A DNA stretch of 64,000 nt from the NCBI GenBank assembly GCA_024346625.1, contig AP024665.1, forward strand, positions 682,001 to 746,000. Direction: 5' to 3'. Both the position numbers and the translations under genes were made by a program. Shown here one piece after another: positions 57,144 through 64,000 of the stretch. The notes under the pieces were generated by a model. It was not told the origin of the DNA. It searched no databases and saw nothing but the letters and a program-made list of their open reading frames with translations. Origin of the DNA: Williopsis jadinii (lineage: Eukaryota). Every line of letters begins with the position of its first letter. Positions within the stretch are counted from its first letter, which is position 1.

Positions 57144-58640
57144 GTAAGAGAGTTTTCTTTGACAGGGAATTGCATACCCTACTTGTAATGATGTAATGCT
57201 CAAATAGCTGATGAACGTAGATTTGAGAATGCATTACATGTTGAAAATCTATCACTGACATTTCGTCAAACCACACATAGCTTGTTTTAAGCACGCATTC
57301 AGAACTTGGTGATTTTCAATCTGTAATAGTTAGGCAACTTAAAGTACGAGTTCTTGTAGCATCATGTATAATTGATACCTTTGGAAGATCACGTTAAATC
57401 CAGGTCCTCGCAGCAGCATGGAATTTATAAGCAATATATGCACTCGGTGCTTGGAAAAGTTTCCTAACTTATATGCCACCGCTACTTTATCGGTCTCCGT
57501 TTAAATTTACGGTGTGTGGGTGTTTTGTGACAGAGATTTGACAGCTTGACACTTTATTCTGGGAATGACATCGTGGACCTTTGATCCCTGCATACTGTCT
57601 CCATCAGTATCTGAGTTCATCTCAGATTATAACAATAAATATGAACCATTTTTGAGTTATAAGCTTCTGTTTTTCCTTCCTGCGAACATTGTTTCACCAC
57701 CAAGCCTCTTATCAACGGTACATGGTTTACAACTGTGTTAATTATCGTTCATCAACCACTTACTCATCAAATTGGCTTTCCAACATTGGCAATTCTGAAA
57801 CCAAAGGTATTGACTAAACATTGGCTGCGCATGTTACCGTAATTTTACAAACAGCTGAACGACTGTCACCACTGGGAAGCGCTCCTTTGTAAATGTTCTT
57901 ACCCTCATGAATAGATCGACGAAAAACTATCTAACAGCTTTCATACTAGCCAGTGCTTAACAACCAGGACGCCGTAGTTCTTTAGTTCACAAACTTCTAC
58001 AACAATACAAGAAAACACACAACTAACACACATGTATGACAAATGTCAATACAGTGTACTTCATCCTGTGGTATAGCAAGGCCAGAATACTTCTAGCCCC
58101 CCCCCCCCCGCCCAACAGGCATCGTTGGGAATATTCAACAAGATTATCCAGCCAATAGCTGAGGGGAGCAACATCACTACTGGATTACAACTTTCAAGGT
58201 TATCCTATTAAGGCACTCGTGAGTCACCGGTAAACCTCTGTTGATCTGTCGTTTGGTGCGAATCATCGGAGCCGTTTGTAAAAGATAGCCGGATGCATAC
58301 AGCCGGGCCTTCGCCTCAAGACTTCTCTCTCCTACCGTTTAACCGTAACCCACCGGGCAGACACGTCTCAACGGGTAAGATGGGCACAGTATTCACGCCG
58401 CAAGCTCATCAAATTTCCAAACCCACAACGGCAAAAATCCCAATCCAACAGGGTTACGCGTAATTTCCCCTCTCCAACAGACAACAGTTCCGGGCAGTGG
58501 TTTCAAAAATTTTGCCGGCGCATATAAAACAGAAAAAGGGTCACTTGTGAAAATTTAACGATGAGCTCGCTAAAAGGAGATCCAAACACAGTGGGAGAAG
58601 AAGCAGTAAATCACCGCGGATAAGCTTCAGTCATAGTGAA

Positions 58641-60218
58641 ATGTTGAGAAATATTACGTCAAGTGCTAAGGGCTTCAACCTGAAGGCCGTAAATGGTTCG
58701 TTCACGAGGGCAGCTCGTCTCCAATCAACTTCTTCACCACACAATTTGGAATCTGGTTCCAGCGATGGTAGTAAAGCTGAAGATGCCAGCGCCACGTTCC
58801 TTGCTGATAAGAGGGATGTTAACAGAATTAACCAGTCCTTTGAGGATAAAAACTTGAGAGCAACTTGGTTGACAGCACTCGCTGAGAGAAAACGTCAATT
58901 GGCCCAGGGTAAAGTGATTGACTCATATTCCTACAATACCCCTCAAAAGCCGGTTATTCAGGACAAGACCCGTGCAGAGTCGTTCAGTTATTTGGTGTTG
59001 CCATTCAAGGAGGATCCTTGGCTCACTGATTTCTATGCAAGCGCAGCTGGTAGAATGCGTATGGGTCAAATCTTTCAAGATTTAGATGCCCTTGCTGGAA
59101 GAATTGCCTATAGACATGTCAGTCCTGCCATGCCGATTATTGTGACAGCAAGTGTTGATAGAATCTACATGGTTAAAAGAGTAGATGACATCCAGAACAA
59201 GAACTTTATTCTGTCAGGCTCTGTTATCTGGACTGGTAGATCCTCAATGGAAATCGTTATCAAGGCATCTGCTACTGATAAAGACGTCAAGAAGGATTTG
59301 AAAGAAGAAGATATCAAAGAGGAAGACGTATTCCTCACTGCAAACTTCACCTTTGTTGCGAGAAACCCTGAGACCCATAAATCATTCCCTGTTAACAGGT
59401 TACTACCAATCTCTGAAAAGGAATGGATCGACTTCAGAAGGGCAGAATCCCATAACGCTGCAAAGAAGCTGGCTGCTACAAAGGAGACATTGTCTAAGAA
59501 ACCACCAACAGCTGAAGAATCACAGATCATCCATAACATGTATCTTGAATCGAAGAACCTTGAATCACTCCAATCCATGCCAAAAAATATTGGGTTTATG
59601 AAGGATACAGTGACAAATTCAACCTCGTTCATGCAACCCCAGTACAGAAACAGACATTCCTATATGATCTTTGGTGGTTACTTGATGAGACAAACTTTTG
59701 AATTGGCTTACTGTAATGCTGCTGCTTTCTCTCATGCATTCCCAAGATTTGTGTCTTTGGACTCCACTACTTTTAGAGCACCAGTTCCTGTGGGTTCCGT
59801 GCTCTACATGAAATCAACTGTTGTCTATACTGAGCACATTCACGAAGCAGAAGTTCGTTCTAAGGAAGCCTTTAAGGAACATCAACAAGAATTTGGTGGC
59901 TTGTTGAACTTTGACACTACACCTGCTAACAAGCTCACAAATGATCCGGATGATTTCTTGAACAGACCAGGAACTTTGATCCAAGTGAAAGTTGATACAT
60001 CTGTTAGAGCATTGAACGATGAGAAAACCACTCCTTCTGGGTCATTCATTTACTCATATTTCGTCCCAAGAGACGCTACTCAAGAAGGTGAAAGTGACCC
60101 AGGTTACTGTTCTGTGATTCCTGAAACCTACTCCGAGATGATTGAATTCATTGAAGGCAGAAGAAGAGCCCAAGCTACAGCTCGTTATGGAGAGCAAATC
60201 AAGAGTCAAGCCTTGTAA
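58641..60218 (+). CDS. Mitochondrial double-hotdog acyl-CoA thioesterase (ACOT9-like)
   Basis: Presequence; motifs GRMRMGQIFQDLDALAG, IVTASVDRI, WTGRSSMEI, RNRHSYMIFGGYLMRQTFELA, F.APVPVGS. Confidence 0.85.
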   Translation: MLRNITSSAKGFNLKAVNGSFTRAARLQSTSSPHNLESGSSDGSKAEDASATFLADKRDVNRINQSFEDKNLRATWLTALAERKRQLAQGKVIDSYSYNTPQKPVIQDKTRAESFSYLVLPFKEDPWLTDFYASAAGRMRMGQIFQDLDALAGRIAYRHVSPAMPIIVTASVDRIYMVKRVDDIQNKNFILSGSVIWTGRSSMEIVIKASATDKDVKKDLKEEDIKEEDVFLTANFTFVARNPETHKSFPVNRLLPISEKEWIDFRRAESHNAAKKLAATKETLSKKPPTAEESQIIHNMYLESKNLESLQSMPKNIGFMKDTVTNSTSFMQPQYRNRHSYMIFGGYLMRQTFELAYCNAAAFSHAFPRFVSLDSTTFRAPVPVGSVLYMKSTVVYTEHIHEAEVRSKEAFKEHQQEFGGLLNFDTTPANKLTNDPDDFLNRPGTLIQVKVDTSVRALNDEKTTPSGSFIYSYFVPRDATQEGESDPGYCSVIPETYSEMIEFIEGRRRAQATARYGEQIKSQAL

Positions 60219-60401
60219 GGTCACCAATCTGATATTCACTTTATTTAATCGATATTACTATAGATCTACATGGAGTAGCTTAAAACAATAGACTATATTA
60301 GTACATCACAAAAAAAAGAGTGTGCTTTATCTCATATCAAAACAAAATTCTCGACGCCAAATTCAAAAGTCCCTAAAGCTATACGTTATTCCTCCTCACA
60401 A

Positions 60402-62876
60402 TTACACAGATTCAATCTCAGCAGTCTCCCCAGTCGATACTGTGATATCATTGCTTATATCAGCTTGTGAAGAGCGGCTCTTATTGGTGAAATCTTTCAG
60501 CTTTGCCTTTGAGGTTGAAGGATCTCTCTTTACTGAGCCCTTTTCAAAGTTAAATGGTGCTTGCTTCCACGTAACCTGTCCATCTTCTTGTGTGACTGGG
60601 TAGAAATCTTCACCTGTGCTACCACTATGTGCTGTAGTGAAGGAAACGTCACCCTCTAGGTTGCCATATTCGTTTGGATGTGGTGTTCCTTCTTCTTTCA
60701 AGATATCCAAGTTTGAAGTCCTCGATTTGGACCTTGGATCCTTTACCTTCTCAACAATATTTCCATCGCTATCAAGTCTTTGAATATTACCACTATCATC
60801 TCTTGATAGGATAGACGAGACTGTCGATCCCAAAAATACAGAATCTCTAAAGTTCAAATTTGACTTCCTTGGATCCTTTGGAATGGTATCATCGTCGGCG
60901 AGTCTAATGCTAAACAGCTCATTTGTCGATACTGTAGCCAATGAGTTTAACGATTCTCTATTGATGTTGGAATCCACAGTTTGTCTCCATGACTTCTTAG
61001 GGACAGTTGTTGCTGCAACAGCAGCAGTAGATGTGTCATTGTGATTAGCCATTAAGAAATCGGTGCTTTGAGCTTGCATTGCGTCATGATAAATATCTTC
61101 ATTGGTCTCGTCTGCTGAGTCAAACTCCTCAACGTTTGTGGTAGACGAAGTTGTGGAGTCGTAATCCTTCTCATCCAGCTTTAGAGCATTCAAAGCACCA
61201 AGTCTTACAGCTTCGTTCTTCTCGTCAACTAATGAAGAATCACTTGGATAGTAGCCACCAGGTGGGATGTTTGGTGTGTTACCATTTGCAGGGTTACCAA
61301 GAATTGGCTTGGAAATAGTTGGTGATTTCTTCTCCTCATCATCTTTCGTCCCTTTAGAGCGACGTCTAAAGCAGCAAAAGTACAATAGCAGACCGGCCAC
61401 TATCAACACGAACAAAGGTATAGCAACACCAAGACCTATAGCGAGACTTTTGTTGCTAGAGTTAGAACTTTTGGCAATTGGAGTTGTGGATTCCGTGGCA
61501 GTTGGTTCTACTACCGATGAAGAGACTGTCGAAGCTGTTGAGGAAGTGGAGCTGAAAGATGAGGAGGAAGATGAGGACGTATGAGACATGGAGCTGGAAC
61601 TTGATAATTCCTCAATCGGATCAACGCCATAGATAATGAATGAGAGTTCATCTTCTTGGTCCCGATGACTTGCAATGACTGTTACAGAAGCAGATTCAAA
61701 GTCATCCGGAGTTTCACCGCTAATAGTCAGGTTTGACTCGTTGTAAAACAGCCAATCTGCGTCAGTGATCTCAACGGAGACGTTTGTAGTGCTATAGTCA
61801 GTAAAATCTGTCTCCAAGAAGTAGAATTGGAAGTATTCACCTCTTGTCGCGTTCACAGATCTGAACGAATCAACAGCAAAGAGTGATGTGATTGATTCAA
61901 CTTGGAACGACAAACTGACTGAGTTTGAATACTTGTCACTGATGACAAGTTCGAACACATCAGAAGAAGTGAAATCTTCAGGAACTGTGCCAACTAGAGT
62001 ATAATTGTCTAATGATATCCATGAGGGTTGATTTGTAAGCACTGCACTAGAAATGTTAGCCAGAGACACTGGCACACCATCTTGGTAAACACTTGATAGA
62101 GGAACTTGGTAATTCAATGTATCTCCGCTTGATCCATTGATGTTGATTGTATCTTTTAGAGTGGTTGACAATTCATGTGCACCGACAGTTATGCCAAAAT
62201 CGACGTAAGTCGCAGCATAGTCGGCGTAGTCAGAAGCAAATAGCCTGAAGCTGTATTGGAACCCAGGTGCAATCTCCGAGTTTGCTGGAGGTGCTACACC
62301 TGAGAATCTGATGTTTGTTGAATCGAAGAAGAGCCAACTTGGTAGTGGGGAACGTTCAACAGAACGGCCATAGTATGCTACCACGGTGTCGTTAGATACA
62401 AATGTTCTCCTGTCAAACGTTATGTTGAACACGTCTCCTGGTGATAATACAAGCGAGTCAGCTCCATTTGTCTGTCCAAACGTGGCTAGTTGGTTCAACA
62501 CCGTGAAGTCTGTCGATGGTTCTGGTCCTTCTTCTTCCGACACAACGATCGTACATTGTGATGATATAGTGTCTCCTGCTGTGTCCTCACCTAGAAGCGT
62601 GAATTCGAGTGAGTCTGTGGCATCACTTTCAGAAGGAGTTCCTTGGAATGTTCGAGACTCTGCGTCGAATGATAGCCATGAAGGCAACCCATCTACCGAA
62701 TACGTCACATCCCCCTCTGTTGATTGGAATGTGTCATTTGAGATTTGAAACGAATATGCCTGGTCCACTCTAGCAATCGTCGGAAGCTGTTCTTGGAAGG
62801 GGAACCCATCTTCTATCGTTGCCCTCACCGTCGACGAAGATGCTAGCAGCACCTTCACCAGAGTTGTGAGTTGCAT
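60402..62876 (-). CDS. AXL2: Axial budding landmark Axl2 (type I membrane glycoprotein with cadherin-like repeats)
   Basis: Signal peptide, QLPTIARV, repeated LPSWL.FD motifs, Ser/Thr stalk, TM segment LAIGLGVAIPL, cytoplasmic RESLNSLATVSTNELFSIRL. Confidence 0.93.
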   Translation of the reverse strand: MQLTTLVKVLLASSSTVRATIEDGFPFQEQLPTIARVDQAYSFQISNDTFQSTEGDVTYSVDGLPSWLSFDAESRTFQGTPSESDATDSLEFTLLGEDTAGDTISSQCTIVVSEEEGPEPSTDFTVLNQLATFGQTNGADSLVLSPGDVFNITFDRRTFVSNDTVVAYYGRSVERSPLPSWLFFDSTNIRFSGVAPPANSEIAPGFQYSFRLFASDYADYAATYVDFGITVGAHELSTTLKDTININGSSGDTLNYQVPLSSVYQDGVPVSLANISSAVLTNQPSWISLDNYTLVGTVPEDFTSSDVFELVISDKYSNSVSLSFQVESITSLFAVDSFRSVNATRGEYFQFYFLETDFTDYSTTNVSVEITDADWLFYNESNLTISGETPDDFESASVTVIASHRDQEDELSFIIYGVDPIEELSSSSSMSHTSSSSSSSFSSTSSTASTVSSSVVEPTATESTTPIAKSSNSSNKSLAIGLGVAIPLFVLIVAGLLLYFCCFRRRSKGTKDDEEKKSPTISKPILGNPANGNTPNIPPGGYYPSDSSLVDEKNEAVRLGALNALKLDEKDYDSTTSSTTNVEEFDSADETNEDIYHDAMQAQSTDFLMANHNDTSTAAVAATTVPKKSWRQTVDSNINRESLNSLATVSTNELFSIRLADDDTIPKDPRKSNLNFRDSVFLGSTVSSILSRDDSGNIQRLDSDGNIVEKVKDPRSKSRTSNLDILKEEGTPHPNEYGNLEGDVSFTTAHSGSTGEDFYPVTQEDGQVTWKQAPFNFEKGSVKRDPSTSKAKLKDFTNKSRSSQADISNDITVSTGETAEIESV

Positions 62877-63115
62877 TTGCTAGTCCAACTGTGTATGTGT
62901 CTGGTATGGAGATGGTAGTTAACAAGAAGTGGGTATAGGAGAACAGGAAAGGCAGAAGAAGGAAAGAAAAAAACTTTTGAGACATGTTAGGAAAGCACTT
63001 GGGACTCGTCAACACAGGCAACGTTGTATTCACCATTCTACCTTTGTGATATGAACCTTTCAAGGCTAACTTTATGCTATATTCTACATTGAATCCTTAG
63101 CAATTGGATACCCAG

Positions 63116-63225
63116 ACGCGTTGACAAGCGGCGTTGGAAGGCACAAAGGCTGCGAGCTTAGGCAGGTCGCAGGTTGAAACACCGCGTTCGTCGCGGGCTC
63201 CAGGCAGCGGGAAAGGGATACGCGT
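63116..63225. promoter_or_regulatory. MCB (G1/S) elements upstream of AXL2
   Basis: ACGCGT at 63116-63121 and 63220-63225, with further CGCG cores between them. Confidence 0.6.
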
Positions 63226-64000
63226 CGCTCAGCCCGTTAGGGAGAGGCTCCTGTGGGCCTGTGAGGTACCTTTCGATTCTGAAAACAATCGCAGCACGTC
63301 TGTTAAGTAACCTGTAATTTACTCTCGAAGGGGCAACCGAAGTTCTGTTTTGGGAGATGGACATGAATTACACTTCCGGTTTCGGCAATTGATGAGTTTG
63401 GATAAGATTCTGGTATTAACGTGTGGTTTGGAACTCTGACATCTTTTAGGAGGACTCAGGATCCCCATCATGGCGTACAGACTGCGCTCCTGGGAGTGTG
63501 TCATGTACAGCATTTGTTGTGTTAGGGACGTATTCATGTTTATAGGTACATATACATGATCCAAGAACTATACACAGCTCACAAGATGGACGTATCGACT
63601 CGTGTAGATCGACAGCTTGAACCCCGGTGATAAACCACTTCGCTGGAGGGTGGTAACGGTAGGCGACACATCGCGGTTACCCTACATGGCGAACAGATTT
63701 GGCGGGCACTTGTTCTAGAGACATGGCTTCAAACATGCGACGATAGGGGCGGGTTTAACTGATCGCTTTCATTCAGAGGACTTGAGTACTGTCGTATATG
63801 GCATATAACCACACAAATCACATAGTGTAACAGTCAGTTCGTCATTTCCTCACATAGATCAGTAATATCCGAGGGCCTCGAAATTACCATTTGGGTAATT
63901 TTCGCGCGTTTGTGGTAGTTTCAATCAACAACAACCTCATCAGGAAAGCCGAAATGTCCCCCCGTTTCCATTACACCTGAAGTGCGCTAGATAATAGTAT

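Overview
Window from a budding-yeast (Saccharomycotina) nuclear chromosome. It uses the standard genetic code: CTG encodes the invariant Leu of the MTHFR motif ALRGDP, so it is not a CTG-Ser clade species. Gene content and intron style suggest a pre-WGD respiratory yeast such as Cyberlindnera or Wickerhamomyces (inference). It holds 27 protein-coding genes: SWI1 (partial), RAD1, MET12, RMI1, TRS23, two tandem YML131W-like NADP oxidoreductases, SKS1/VHS1, ERG10, an orphan, MRPL33, DUR1,2, UBP16, IRC21 (frame-broken), ABF2, a copper amine oxidase, SDD2/PDCD5, HFL1, a GPI-PLD-like YJL132W homologue, AIM23, MRS3/4, GOR1, DPI8, RGS2, MET4, a hotdog acyl-CoA thioesterase and AXL2. It also holds the RNase P RNA gene (RPR1). 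Four genes have 5' introns that the ORF track misses (MET12, SDD2, HFL1, GPI-PLD-like). Most notable observations: (1) IRC21 is split by a frameshift just before its heme-binding core, and a cryptic intron could restore the frame; (2) an unannotated, well-formed intron joins two orphan ORFs in frame inside a 14-kb gene-poor, AT-richer region; (3) RPR1 has a TATA and A box, but its best B box is upstream and inverted; (4) only one of the tandem oxidoreductases carries a PTS1; (5) Met4 keeps an intact bZIP basic region and has Cbf1/Met31-type sites in its own promoter. No tRNA, transposon or CRISPR was seen. Gene names come from remembered family motifs and synteny, not from a database search.
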